DNA of 64,000 nt, taken from the IMG/VR virus record IMGVR_UViG_3300045973_000169, positions 1 through 64,000 of that record; one strand, given 5' to 3'. Shown one piece after another: positions 39,594-50,652 of the stretch; within the stretch, counting starts at the first letter, position 1; each line of letters opens with the position of its first letter. Under the pieces are notes generated by a model, which saw only the letters and a list, made by a program, of their open reading frames with translations, did no database searches and was not told the origin of the DNA. Both the position numbers and the translations under genes were made by a program.

Positions 39594-40508
39594 ATGTTTA
39601 GTAAAATTCAAGTATTCCAAGGAGAAAATCCTGATGTTTGGAAGTATGTATTTGAGAAAGATGATATATGTGTAGAAGCTGTTCTCTATAGATATGAGTC
39701 TTTTCAGAAACGTACTGTTCTTTGTATATCAGTCCAGAGTGGTTGTCCTGTTGGATGTGTATTCTGTGGTACTGGTAAGAAGTTTATTCGTAATTTAACT
39801 GCTGATGAAATACAATATCAAGTTGACCATGTAATTAATTGGGTTTCGTCTCAGATTGATTGGCCTCTTAACTCTGTTTGTGAAAAATTTCAGATTATGT
39901 TTATGAGTATGGGTGAGCCTATGCTTAACTGGTCTGAAGTAGATAAAGCAATTCGTAGATTGAATGATACATATCGTAATGCTCAATTGCTTATTTCAAC
40001 TATTGGAGTTAAGGACTACAGTGCATTTTTTAAACTATGTGATCTATCTCGTGAAATAGGTAAAGTTGGCTTACAGTTCTCTTTACATTCAGGTGATGAT
40101 GAAGAAAGAGATGAAATTATCCCATTTAAAAACAAGATGTCTATTCGTGAAATTAGAGATGCTGGTATTATGTGGAATAGTTATACTCATAGACCAGTTT
40201 ACTTGAATATATGTGTGGATGAATTTAATCTTTCTCCTGAAGAACGTGAGAGGATTAAGGATTTGTTTCCCCCAAGTATATTTAGTCTTACGTTCTCTGT
40301 TATATGCGAATATGAGAATGGACAAGTAGTTAACCAAACTTTGAAAGATAAGATTGATAGGAAGATGCAAAATATCATGGCTAACTTCCTTTGTCATAGT
40401 TATAATGTTCGTAAGTTTGATCCTGCTGGACAAGATGATATTGGGGCTGGTTGTGGTCAACTTTGGTACACTCAATCATGGATGAAGGAACATTTTAAAG
40501 GTAAGTAA
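39594..40508 (+). CDS. RlmN/Cfr-family radical SAM RNA methyltransferase-like protein
   Basis: CISVQSGCPVGCVFCGTG (CxxxCxxC), MSMGEP, QFSLH, DIGAGCGQL. Confidence 0.85.
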   Translation: MFSKIQVFQGENPDVWKYVFEKDDICVEAVLYRYESFQKRTVLCISVQSGCPVGCVFCGTGKKFIRNLTADEIQYQVDHVINWVSSQIDWPLNSVCEKFQIMFMSMGEPMLNWSEVDKAIRRLNDTYRNAQLLISTIGVKDYSAFFKLCDLSREIGKVGLQFSLHSGDDEERDEIIPFKNKMSIREIRDAGIMWNSYTHRPVYLNICVDEFNLSPEERERIKDLFPPSIFSLTFSVICEYENGQVVNQTLKDKIDRKMQNIMANFLCHSYNVRKFDPAGQDDIGAGCGQLWYTQSWMKEHFKGK

Positions 40509-40843
40509 GATGGAAAAAGTTAAATGTGATTCATGTAAGGAAACTTTTACAATTAATATGTGGAGAGGTTATCTTAACCTTGAATATAATAGTGAATTAG
40601 AGGCATATGAAACAGTATGTCCTCATTGTGGGCATAAAGGATCATAAATGTTAACATTTTGTTTAATAGTTTTAATAGTTTATCTAACTCCTACTTTATT
40701 ACTTTTAGCACTTTGTGTGTATTTAAGAACAATAGCTAAAGCAGATATTGATATAACACTTAAGAATACATTTAGTTGGTCTTTTGCTTGGCCCTGGTGG
40801 GTAATTATAGGGTTGATTGAAGACTTTAAAAGGAGAAGAGAAA

Positions 40844-41671
40844 ATGATTCTAATTGATAATAGAGAAGTTAAGTTTGGTAAGTTTCCAAACGGTGAAAGT
40901 AATCTGAACTATAACACTATCGAATTCTGTCATGATAGTGATGTTATTCTTAAGTTTGAGTCTGATATTGATTTATTTAATCTTTATATTCTCAAGAAGT
41001 ATATGGATTCTTGTATTTGCTATAATAAGATTTCATTAAAGGTTCTTTATTTCCCTTACTCACGTATGGATAGAGAGAATGATTTCTATACTTTTAATCT
41101 TAAGTATGTTGCTCAGATGATTAATGATATGAACTTCTATGAAGTTATTGTTGGGGATATACATTCAGATGTAGCTCCTGCTTTAATCAATAACTATACT
41201 GGATATTCTTCTATTGATATTCTGTTTGAAACATTCAGAGATGAAATTGGTATTTCTGATTTTAGTATTATGTTCCCTGATGCTGGTGCACAGAAACGTT
41301 ATGGAACTGGCTTTGCTTATCATACTCTTGTTGGATTTAAAGAGCGTGATTTTAGTGATGGGCGTATCCTTGGAATGAAAGTCTTTGGTGATGTACATCC
41401 TGGGAAGCCTGTTGTTATCATTGATGATTTATGTTCTAAAGGTGGAACATTTATTGGAGCAGCCAAAGCTTTGAAAGAAGCTGGTGCTGGTGATATCTAT
41501 CTTATTGTTGGACATTGTGAGAATACTATTGATGAAGGAGCTGTCTTTACATCTGGACTCATTAAGAAGGTCTATACTACTGATAGTATCTATAGTAATC
41601 CTACAACTATTTGGAATACTTCTGATAGATTGTATGTCCATAAACTAATTGTACATGAAAAGAGATACTGA
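40844..41671 (+). CDS. Ribose-phosphate pyrophosphokinase-like (probable Adps, NARP1)
   Basis: FPNGE, YFPYSRMDR, DIHS, FPDAGA, IIDDLCSKGGTF, YTTDS. Confidence 0.88.
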   Translation: MILIDNREVKFGKFPNGESNLNYNTIEFCHDSDVILKFESDIDLFNLYILKKYMDSCICYNKISLKVLYFPYSRMDRENDFYTFNLKYVAQMINDMNFYEVIVGDIHSDVAPALINNYTGYSSIDILFETFRDEIGISDFSIMFPDAGAQKRYGTGFAYHTLVGFKERDFSDGRILGMKVFGDVHPGKPVVIIDDLCSKGGTFIGAAKALKEAGAGDIYLIVGHCENTIDEGAVFTSGLIKKVYTTDSIYSNPTTIWNTSDRLYVHKLIVHEKRY

Positions 41672-42156
41672 TGAATATAATTCAATCTCCTAAGAATACA
41701 AATGGATATGAAGTATATTCAATGTTTCTTGCTGGTGGTATATCTGGTTGTGATGATTGGCAGAAGTATGTATGTAATCAATTAGTTGAGCTATATAAGC
41801 CAAATGATGAAGTTTATATATTTAATCCTCGTAGAAAAGGCGACTTAACTAAAGAAGGAGCAATGGCTAGGAAACAAATTCTTTGGGAGTATAAGTATTT
41901 ACAATTATGTGATTTTTATGCATTTTGGTTTCCACAAGAAACATTATGTCCAATAACTTTATTTGAATTAGGAAAATACGCTAATTGTAATGCTGTTGTT
42001 GGTATTCATCCTGATTACAAAAGAAGATTTGATCTTGAAATTCAGCTCCCTTTAATAAGTAAAAAGATTAAGATCGTTTATGACCTTGATGAATTTGTTG
42101 AAGCTATTGCAGAAAAAATGTTATTAGAAAGGAAAGATAATGGAGAATGTAATTAG
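41671..42156 (+). CDS. Nucleoside 2-deoxyribosyltransferase-like protein
   Basis: FLAGGI..C.DWQ, FNPRR, QILWE, FWFP.ET.CPITLFELG. Confidence 0.8.
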   Translation: MNIIQSPKNTNGYEVYSMFLAGGISGCDDWQKYVCNQLVELYKPNDEVYIFNPRRKGDLTKEGAMARKQILWEYKYLQLCDFYAFWFPQETLCPITLFELGKYANCNAVVGIHPDYKRRFDLEIQLPLISKKIKIVYDLDEFVEAIAEKMLLERKDNGECN

Positions 42157-42622
42157 ATTTTATGGTAAGAGTAAACCTTTCTTTGAAGGTAGTAACTTTT
42201 ATCCTGCAAAATTTAAAGATAGTGCTGGTACTATATGGGATACAACTGAACATTATTTTCAGGCTATGAAGTTTGAAGCTGGATCTGAAATTCAAATTGG
42301 ACCAGAAAGCTTTATCCCAATTCGTAAGCATATACATGATCAGCCTACTCCTATGAAAGCAGCAAACGAAGGACGTAGGAGAGATTTTCCACTCCGTAGT
42401 GATTGGGAACAAGTAAAAGACCAAATGATGTATAATGCATTACGTTATAAGTTTACACAGAATCCAGTATGTAAACAGGCTCTTCTTGATACTGGTGATG
42501 CTGAGTTAATTGAAGCTTCTCCTGTTGATTATTACTGGGCAGAAGGTGCAGATGGTACAGGCAAGAATATGCTTGGTAAACTGTTAGTTAAATTACGAGA
42601 GGAGATCAGAAATGAACAATAA
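42140..42622 (+). CDS. NADAR (YbiA-like) protein
   Basis: SNFY, TEHYFQAMKF, R.DW..VK..M...L..KF.QN, LIEASP.D.YW, G.N.LG. Confidence 0.9.
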   Translation: MENVIRFYGKSKPFFEGSNFYPAKFKDSAGTIWDTTEHYFQAMKFEAGSEIQIGPESFIPIRKHIHDQPTPMKAANEGRRRDFPLRSDWEQVKDQMMYNALRYKFTQNPVCKQALLDTGDAELIEASPVDYYWAEGADGTGKNMLGKLLVKLREEIRNEQ

Positions 42623-44261
42623 GTTATTAGCTGTATTAGCATGTGATGGATATAAGATTGGTCATAAAGATCAAGATGCTCCTGGCGTTGAAAATAAGTA
42701 TTATACATGGACTCCTCGTTCAAACAAATATCTTCCTGAAGTTGAGAAGGTAGTTGTCTTTGGTGTTCAAGGTTTTATTAAGATTCATCTTCTTCAGTTC
42801 TTCAATGAGAACTTCTTTGAATTAGATAAAGAGTATGTTGTCTTTGAATACAAGCGTATTCTTAAATCATACTTGTTCAAAGAGGAGATTGATACAACTC
42901 ATATTGAGGAACTGCATGACTTAGGTTACTTGCCTTTAAAGATTAAAGCTATTAAAGAAGGGATAAGAGTCCCAATCAGAACTCCTGTTTTAACTGTTGA
43001 GGTTACTAATGGGAAATTTGCATGGTTGGGTGGATATATTGAAGATATTCTTTCTACTTCTCTTTGGCAGCCAATGACTGTTGCTTCTATTGCTTATGAG
43101 TATAAGAAACTCTTTAAAGAGTTTGCAATGGAAACTGTAGGAAATACTGAATTCTGTAAGTTCCAAGGTCATGACTTTAGTTATCGTGGCTTGATGGCTG
43201 GTCTTGATGCTATTCAGGCTTCAGGTTCAGCTTGGTTACCTTTGTTTGTTGGAACAGATAATATTCCATCTATTCCTTATATGGAAAATGTCTATGGAGC
43301 TGATAGCTCTAAAGAGATTATTGGGTGTAGTGTACCTGCTTCTGAACACAGTGTAGCTGAGACCTATATGGAATTTGATGATGATGGCAATCTTATCCCT
43401 GGTTGGGAAGATGAATATCTCCGTAGATTGATTGTTGATATTTATCCTACTGGGATTGTTTCAATTGTAGCAGATACAATTGATCTCTTTGAGCTTATTA
43501 CTGTTAAGTTAGTTGCTCTTAAAGAAATCATTATGGCTCGTGATGGTAAGACTGTCATTCGTCCTGATAGTGGCAACCCTGCTGATATCCTTTGTGGATA
43601 TGTTATTAAGAAATTAAATAACCCACTTAATGGTGATGCTGATAAGTACTATCTTCCTTTTGATCGTTGGACTGATGATGGATTTAATGCTTACCAGACT
43701 ACTGATGGAAAAGTTTATAACTTTGATCATAAAGAATTATCTATTGCTGAAACTAAAGGTGTAGTTGAACTTCTTTGGGAGATCTTTGGTGGAACTATCA
43801 ATGCCAAAGGATACAAAGAATTAGACTCACACATTGGTACTATCTATGGTGATTCTATTACTATTTCTTTAGCTAGAGAGATCTGTAAAAGACTTAAAGC
43901 TAAAGGCTTTGCTAGTACTAACTGGGTTGCTGGTGTTGGTAGTTACAGCTTGTTAGGACAGTTAAGTCGTGATAGTCTTGGATTTGCACTTAAAGAGACC
44001 TCTATTACTAGAAATGGTAAAGAGATAGCTGTCTTTAAGGATCCTAAGACTGATGATGGAACTAAGAAATCAGCTAAAGGACGTGTAGTAGTTGTACCTT
44101 CTCCTATTGGTGATGGTTCAATGCGTACTATTGATAACCTTACCAAAGAACAGGAAGAAAAGGTTGGAGCTTTCAACTTACTCCAGACTGTATTTGAAGA
44201 TGGTGTATTGCCTGCAGAAACAACATTAGCAGATATTCGTATTTGTTTAGGTGGAATTTAA
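42612..44261 (+). CDS. Nicotinamide phosphoribosyltransferase-like (probable Namat, NARP1)
   Basis: DGYK.GH, HDFSYRG, SVPASEHSV, SIVADT, IRPDSG, IYGDSIT, KDPKTD...KKSAKG. Confidence 0.9.
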   Translation: MNNKLLAVLACDGYKIGHKDQDAPGVENKYYTWTPRSNKYLPEVEKVVVFGVQGFIKIHLLQFFNENFFELDKEYVVFEYKRILKSYLFKEEIDTTHIEELHDLGYLPLKIKAIKEGIRVPIRTPVLTVEVTNGKFAWLGGYIEDILSTSLWQPMTVASIAYEYKKLFKEFAMETVGNTEFCKFQGHDFSYRGLMAGLDAIQASGSAWLPLFVGTDNIPSIPYMENVYGADSSKEIIGCSVPASEHSVAETYMEFDDDGNLIPGWEDEYLRRLIVDIYPTGIVSIVADTIDLFELITVKLVALKEIIMARDGKTVIRPDSGNPADILCGYVIKKLNNPLNGDADKYYLPFDRWTDDGFNAYQTTDGKVYNFDHKELSIAETKGVVELLWEIFGGTINAKGYKELDSHIGTIYGDSITISLAREICKRLKAKGFASTNWVAGVGSYSLLGQLSRDSLGFALKETSITRNGKEIAVFKDPKTDDGTKKSAKGRVVVVPSPIGDGSMRTIDNLTKEQEEKVGAFNLLQTVFEDGVLPAETTLADIRICLGGI

Positions 44262-44590
44262 AATTATAGTAGTGTCCAAAACAAAACTATCGGTATGTCG
44301 TGGCGTAAGTGAACCGAGCTACTATAATAACTTTATGAAAGGAGAAATAGGGAAATGAGACTTTTTACAAAAACAAAAGAAGTAGTTTCAGTTGCATCTA
44401 TTATGTCTACGTTTAATGAAACAATCAGTAAACTGACATCACATGCATCTGATATGGATTCTAAAGCTGTTACTCATGCTGAAGAAATCAAAATTGCAGA
44501 AGCTAATAAAGCTAATGCAGAAAAAGAAGCAAATAAAGCTCGGTCTATTGCAGACAAACTTACAAAAATTGTAGAATAAGGAGAAGTATT

Positions 44591-45466
44591 TTGTTTGAAC
44601 TTTTAAATTCGATAGTTATCCCAGATACTAAGATTAAGTTTAAGCATATCTTAATGGGAATTTTTATTTTCTTTACTCTTATCCTTACAAACTGTTCTTT
44701 CAGACGTGTCAAAATTGATGCCGGTGAACAGGGAGTAATTGTATCTCAACCTTATATCTTTGGTTCTGGTGGAGTAAGTGACACAGTTCTTCATACTGGT
44801 GGTTATTGGGTTTGGAAATCTAATGCTGTTTATGGGATTAGAATTCTTCCTCAGCAGGTATCAGAAGACTTTAAGGATATGATGTCTGGTGATAGTATCC
44901 CTGTGCAGTTTGATGCTCATTTGAATTATAGGATTATTGATCCTGTTGTTTATTGGAGATCTTGGGGTGAGCATTGGTATTCTTCTAATATTCAACAGAC
45001 CTTTAGGACTGTAGCTCGTGATGAGTGTAAGCGTTATACTATGTCTAGTCTTATTACAAATCCTGATACTACAAGGGCTATTGAGCTTAAAATTCTAGAA
45101 GCAGTCCAGAAATATGCTGCTGAAAAGAAAATGCCAATTGAATTTACAAAAGTAAATATTGGTAAGATCAATCCTAAAGATGATGTAATGGCCGAGATTG
45201 GACAGACTGCTGTACAGCAACAGAGACAACGTACAGAGCTTGATCGTAAGAAAGCAGAGGATAACCGTAGGATGACAGAAGTCTCTAGGGCTGCTGCTGA
45301 TAATGCTTATCGTGAAGCTATGAATCTTGCACCTGAACAATATATTCGTCTTGAAGCTGTTAAGGCTTATTCTCATGCTGCAGAGGAATGTGCTAAGAAT
45401 GATAAATGTACAATGATCCTTACTCAGCCTGGGAATGAAGTTAAAGCAACTATCCCAGCTCGTTAA
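44591..45466 (+). CDS. SPFH/band 7/prohibitin domain membrane protein
   Basis: N-terminal TM, 'IDAGEQGV', SPFH core, Ala/Glu-rich coiled coil. Confidence 0.8.
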   Translation: MFELLNSIVIPDTKIKFKHILMGIFIFFTLILTNCSFRRVKIDAGEQGVIVSQPYIFGSGGVSDTVLHTGGYWVWKSNAVYGIRILPQQVSEDFKDMMSGDSIPVQFDAHLNYRIIDPVVYWRSWGEHWYSSNIQQTFRTVARDECKRYTMSSLITNPDTTRAIELKILEAVQKYAAEKKMPIEFTKVNIGKINPKDDVMAEIGQTAVQQQRQRTELDRKKAEDNRRMTEVSRAAADNAYREAMNLAPEQYIRLEAVKAYSHAAEECAKNDKCTMILTQPGNEVKATIPAR

Positions 45467-45858
45467 TTAATCGTGGTTGGTCTCTACACATACCTTGAGA
45501 CCAAATAAAAAGGAGTGTTCATGAAATTATTTATTATATTAATTTGTTTATTAATACCATTAAATTGCTATTCTGCCTATCCCGATATTACTGGTATTGA
45601 TACATTTAGATTCAATGTAGGTGCAGTTGATATGAATGATAGTACAGTAGTTGAAGGTTATTGTACTTGGGATACTACTAATTGGTGGACCTGGACACTT
45701 GAGACTTATATTGATGAACCTGATGGAGTATGGTGTTATTCATATACTAATTATGGAGAAGCGATACAGAAAGAGAAATATCATATAGCTCCTATAGTTG
45801 TAAGTGGTAAACCATTAATTATAAACAATAATAATAGGCTTATTATAAGGAGTTCAGA

Positions 45859-46251
45859 ATGACAATTATATGTTATTTATTGTTAGCTCATTTTTTAATT
45901 GATTGGTGTTGGCAAACAGATTTTATTGCTCAGAATAAACATAGGATGTGGCAGATAATGTTTGCTCATTGTGCTGCTTGGTCTTTAGGTATAGGAGCAG
46001 TTCTAACCTATTGTGGGTTATTTGCTTGGTGGAAACTAGCAATGCTATTTATAGGTCATTGGATTGAAGATCTATGGAAAGCTAAAAAGGTTGCTTGTAT
46101 AAATGAGACTGGGATTGGATCTGGAGAGTTTCAGTTGTCAGGGTATAGTATTCAAGACTTTGATAAATGGAAGATGAAATACTTTTCTAAACTTCTTAAT
46201 ATAGATCAAGGGTTTCATATCTTACAATTATTAATTTGTTTAGTATTTTAA
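45859..46251 (+). CDS. DUF3307-like membrane protein
   Basis: AHFLID..WQ....QNK, H...D..K, DQGFH. Confidence 0.7.
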   Translation: MTIICYLLLAHFLIDWCWQTDFIAQNKHRMWQIMFAHCAAWSLGIGAVLTYCGLFAWWKLAMLFIGHWIEDLWKAKKVACINETGIGSGEFQLSGYSIQDFDKWKMKYFSKLLNIDQGFHILQLLICLVF

Positions 46252-46671
46252 AGGAGTATATATGGAAAATTTTGATTATTTCCCTGTTGTTATGGGATTA
46301 TTATTTGGAGCTTTTGTTACTGGCATTGGTTGGATGGGATTCTTTGAAATAAAACCAGATACAATAGCTAAAAATATAGGTAGAAATGTACTTGGTTGTT
46401 TTCTTTGGCTTATATCTGCATTGGAAGCTTTTATTGCAATAACTCTTTTATTTAAGATATTGTATAAGGTGATGTTATGACATTTACAATTGGATATTGG
46501 ATAATCCCATTAGCTCTGACTGCTTTGTTCTTTTATAATGCTAAGAAGAAAGCAGAGTATGATTCTCGTGGACAGTTTATGTTTGGTGGATTGTTCCATA
46601 TATTGTATTTTGGTATAGCAACTATTGGAGCTTTAATCGCATGGCTTGTTTATTCATTTTTGAGGTAGAAT

Positions 46672-47172
46672 ATGAATTTAATATTAAAAGCATTAAGATT
46701 TGCAGAAAATAAACATAAAGGACAGACACGTAAGGTTACTGGAGAAGAGTATTTTGTACATCCTTTAATGGTAAGTTATATTGTAGCTAACTATAAGATG
46801 TCTCAGAACTTAGAGATACTTATTGTAGCTGCTATCTTGCATGATACAGTTGAAGATACAGATACTACTTTTGAAGAGATACTTAAAGAGTTTGGTATGT
46901 TTGTAGCTACATTAGTATTTGAACTTACAGATGATAAGGCTAAGAAAAGGAAGTTAGGAAACTTAGAGTATTGTAAATTGAGATGGTGTGGTCTATCTAA
47001 CTATGCTTTATATCTTAAACTATGTGATAGACTTTACAATATGTCTGATCATCCTACTAAAGAACAACAAGATACTACACTTCTTATACTTGATCATGTT
47101 GAGAGTAAACGTAAATTAACATTATCTCAACAGCGTGTTGTATTTGAAATAAGAAAGGTGATAAATGGTTAA
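46672..47172 (+). CDS. HD-domain RelA/SpoT-type (p)ppGpp hydrolase-like (Mesh1/SAH)
   Basis: FA..KHKGQTRK..Y..HP..V, AAILHDTVEDT, LTDDK, KLCDR..N. Confidence 0.85.
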   Translation: MNLILKALRFAENKHKGQTRKVTGEEYFVHPLMVSYIVANYKMSQNLEILIVAAILHDTVEDTDTTFEEILKEFGMFVATLVFELTDDKAKKRKLGNLEYCKLRWCGLSNYALYLKLCDRLYNMSDHPTKEQQDTTLLILDHVESKRKLTLSQQRVVFEIRKVING

Positions 47173-47701
47173 AGATATTTATGTATTAGTTGGAGCTGCT
47201 GCTCACGGTAAGAGTACATGGGCTGGAAGTAAGACAACTGAATATTTTGCTAAGTGGATGGATGAAAGATCTAAAAATCCAAGTCAAACTGGATCTTATG
47301 GATATGTAAATGCTGATATGATTAGGAAGCAGCTTTATGGTGATCCTACTATCCAAGGTGATGGCAATGAAGTATTTGGTAAAGTGTTTGAAGCTTATAC
47401 TGGGTTCTTAAGAAACAAGGCAGTTGATTTAATTATTGTAGACAATACATCTCTTAAAGTTAGAGATAGAAAAAGATATTATACATTGGCTCAAACTATA
47501 TGTGAAGCTATGGGTTATGCTTTTAATTATCACCTTGTATTTTTCCCACCTCATTTTGAGAGAGCTTTAGTTTGGAATAAGCAAAGGAATCGTCAGGTTC
47601 CAGAAGATGTTATTGCAAGACATTGTGCTGTATATCAAGGACCAAGTGAATTTGAAAGAGAAAATTGTATAATCGAGACTGTTATACACAAAGAAAGGTA
47701 A
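47165..47701 (+). CDS. Polynucleotide kinase-like P-loop protein (AAA_33)
   Basis: GAAAHGKST, DMIR, VDNT, RxRxVP. Confidence 0.8.
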   Translation: MVKDIYVLVGAAAHGKSTWAGSKTTEYFAKWMDERSKNPSQTGSYGYVNADMIRKQLYGDPTIQGDGNEVFGKVFEAYTGFLRNKAVDLIIVDNTSLKVRDRKRYYTLAQTICEAMGYAFNYHLVFFPPHFERALVWNKQRNRQVPEDVIARHCAVYQGPSEFERENCIIETVIHKER

Positions 47702-49349
47702 AAAATGGGTGAGTATAAGACAGAGAAAATTGTATCATTGAATACTCCAGGCTTTACTAGTATCCATGGTAATTGGAGATCTAGACCTAAGAATGGACGT
47801 TTATTTAATGAAGATGAAATTCGCTTGATTAGAGTCCAAGAAGGATCTCTTCGGCATTTAGCTGAAATCCATGGATGTAGTCAAGTCTTAATTCGCAATA
47901 TTAAAAAAAGATGCATCTATGAAGATGTAATTTAAGAGGAGAAATGAAATGAAAAATATTATGATTCAACCGATTAACCGGTTTAAGAAGATTCTTGTTG
48001 GTGATGACTGTGGCGAAGTATTCGACCCTACACAGGGCAAATTTCTTACTGGGTGTACCGAGAGTTACATCTTTCAGAAAGAACGCTGTGGTGAGCTTGT
48101 AGCTTACAAAGAAGAAGGTTCTGATGCAGTGTATGTTGGCTTTGCTATTATGCATAAAGAAGATATGAAGAAAGGTTATGCTAAAGCAACTACTCGTGAG
48201 AAAGCTTTCCTTGTAGCTGATAAATCTTATCATGCTGACTTCTATACTAATAAGAATGGGGTTGTAGGTGTTCCTCATCTTATTCGTGATAATGTCTATT
48301 ACTTCGCTAAACGTATTGAGCGTTATTTCAAAGGTTGTACTGTCCCATTTTGGGTTAATGAAATTGTTGCTCATTACGAAGCATAGTAGTCAATAGTTAA
48401 AGCTTACTGTAGGTGAACCTACTAGCTGGTGGGCTGTGTAAGTTGTCTGTTTATAGCAGAGCAAACCTATTTATTAAGGAGTATATATGTTTGAAATAAT
48501 TGGTATTATGTTATGTATTCTTGCTATTTTACATATGCAATATCCTCACAAAACAAAATTTTACATAGAACGTATTATGATTTTATTTAACTACTGCCCT
48601 AACTGTAAAAAGTTTTCAATGTATACAATAAAGAATTATAAGGTATGTTCTAGTTGTCGTAAACGGTAATACTATGTCTGGTGTATTATGTAAAGATAAA
48701 TCAGATAAGAAGTATGCGATGTTTAGACATTCAGTAAAGAATCTTCGTATTAGATATGGTATTAGAGCTGATGAAGAATTGTATTTTAAATTATGTAAGT
48801 ATATTAAAAATGCTAAAGGAAACACAGAGTTTACTCATCCTGATGGGACAAGAGTTGTCTTTGTTGACAAGCAATCGTGTACTCGATCTGTATGGCGTAT
48901 ATACTTCAAAGATAAATGTATAATTGCTGCTTATGATAAGACAAGACATATATTATGTACTGTCTTACCTGCTAATCTTAAAGATGAAGATATAATTTAT
49001 AAACGATGGTTAGAAGAAGAATAATCTTATAAACAACGGAGAGTATATGTTAAAGGCAAGAAAAGTTTATTTAGTTAAAATAGCTCCTGCTAATCTTAAT
49101 AAATTTATTTCTTTCTCATCTAATTTTATTCCTACTTTAGATGAGATAAAAGATATAATCGAAAATTTACATGAAGAGAATCCTTTACCATTTGATTTGA
49201 TATATGAATGTCATTGTGGATTAGATATTTGGGGAGTCCCTTCTGAATGTAATGGAAAGACTATCCGTTGGTGGAAAAATAAAGGTGAAGCTGTTTCAAG
49301 AGGATTCATCTCAATAAAAGAACAAAATATTTATTTTAAGTAGGTAGTA

Positions 49350-49928
49350 ATGAAGAATAAAAGAGTTTGTGTAGATTTAGATAATACACTATGTGATTTA
49401 ACTGGTTATGTTTGTGATGAAATTAATTTAGGATTAGGATTAGCTGATCCGGTATTTAATCAACGTATTGAAACATATAATTATCTACAAAATACTTATG
49501 GAGCTTGGATAGAAGAATTTTGGACTACTCCTGGAATTTATGATAAACATATTAAACCATTAGAAGGTTCAATAGAATTTATTAGAGAACTTATCGCTAT
49601 AGTAGGTAGATTCAATGTATCTATTGTAACAGCGACTCCAAAAGGGCTTGAAGAAGAAAAGAAACAATTTTGTTTCAAGAACTATGGGATTAGTAATGTT
49701 ATATGTACCCATGAGAAATGGAAGCATACTAAAGGAGCTATTCTTATAGATGATTATTGGAAACATTGTATGGATCATTTATTACAGAATGATGATCCTT
49801 GTATTTTGTTTAACTATGAAAATGATTATCCTTATGCTGATGCTAAGTATATTACTTTCCCAATAACCAATAAGTTACATAGAGCTGATTCTTATAAGAA
49901 AGTATTAGAGATTATAAAGGAGAAATAA
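49350..49928 (+). CDS. 5'(3')-deoxyribonucleotidase (HAD)
   Basis: VDLDNTL, IVTA, K...ILIDD. Confidence 0.82.
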   Translation: MKNKRVCVDLDNTLCDLTGYVCDEINLGLGLADPVFNQRIETYNYLQNTYGAWIEEFWTTPGIYDKHIKPLEGSIEFIRELIAIVGRFNVSIVTATPKGLEEEKKQFCFKNYGISNVICTHEKWKHTKGAILIDDYWKHCMDHLLQNDDPCILFNYENDYPYADAKYITFPITNKLHRADSYKKVLEIIKEK

Positions 49929-49929
49929 C

Positions 49930-50652
49930 ATGGCACGTTATGCTATAAGTGACATACATGGTTGTTTAAGAACCTTTAAGAAAGTGTTACGTTCAGTTGA
50001 CTTTAATAAGAGCGATACGCTTATATTACTAGGTGATTATATTGATAGAGGGTTAGACTCTAAAGGTGTTATTCAATACATTATTGATCTTATTGCAGAA
50101 GGCTATGATGTTATTCCTTTGTGTGGGAATCATGAACAATTCCTTATAGAGTCTATTGGTAATAATGCAGTTCAAACTATGTGGGAACGTAATGGTGGAG
50201 ATAAATGCCTTAGAAGTTATGGTGTTAATCATCCTAGTTTAATGCCACATGAACATATAAGTTTTATAAGATCTTTACCTCTTATGCATGTTGAAAGAGA
50301 TTATGTCTTTGTTCATGCAGGGTTAGATTTCTGTAAAGAAGATCCTATTGAAGAATCAAGTGATGAGACTATTCTTTGGAGTAGGATGCATCGCCTTGCT
50401 GGAGATTCACGTAGGAAGAAACTTGGTGGAAGAGTCTTGGTTACAGGACATACTCCTACAGATAAGAAAACAATGATTACAATGGCTATGGGTGAAGATA
50501 TGATTACTATTGACAGAGGCTGTGTCTTTGAAGGATCTAATTATAACCATATGGCTATTTTTAATCTAGATACAAAACAGTTTAATTTTATTAAAAATAT
50601 TGATACTTTAGAAAATGATTGGGTGAGTAGACATGGATATGCAGGACGATAG
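49930..50652 (+). CDS. Ser/Thr protein phosphatase family metallophosphoesterase
   Basis: SDIHG, LGDYIDRG, GNHE, FVHAG, GHTP, ID.GC. Confidence 0.9.
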   Translation: MARYAISDIHGCLRTFKKVLRSVDFNKSDTLILLGDYIDRGLDSKGVIQYIIDLIAEGYDVIPLCGNHEQFLIESIGNNAVQTMWERNGGDKCLRSYGVNHPSLMPHEHISFIRSLPLMHVERDYVFVHAGLDFCKEDPIEESSDETILWSRMHRLAGDSRRKKLGGRVLVTGHTPTDKKTMITMAMGEDMITIDRGCVFEGSNYNHMAIFNLDTKQFNFIKNIDTLENDWVSRHGYAGR

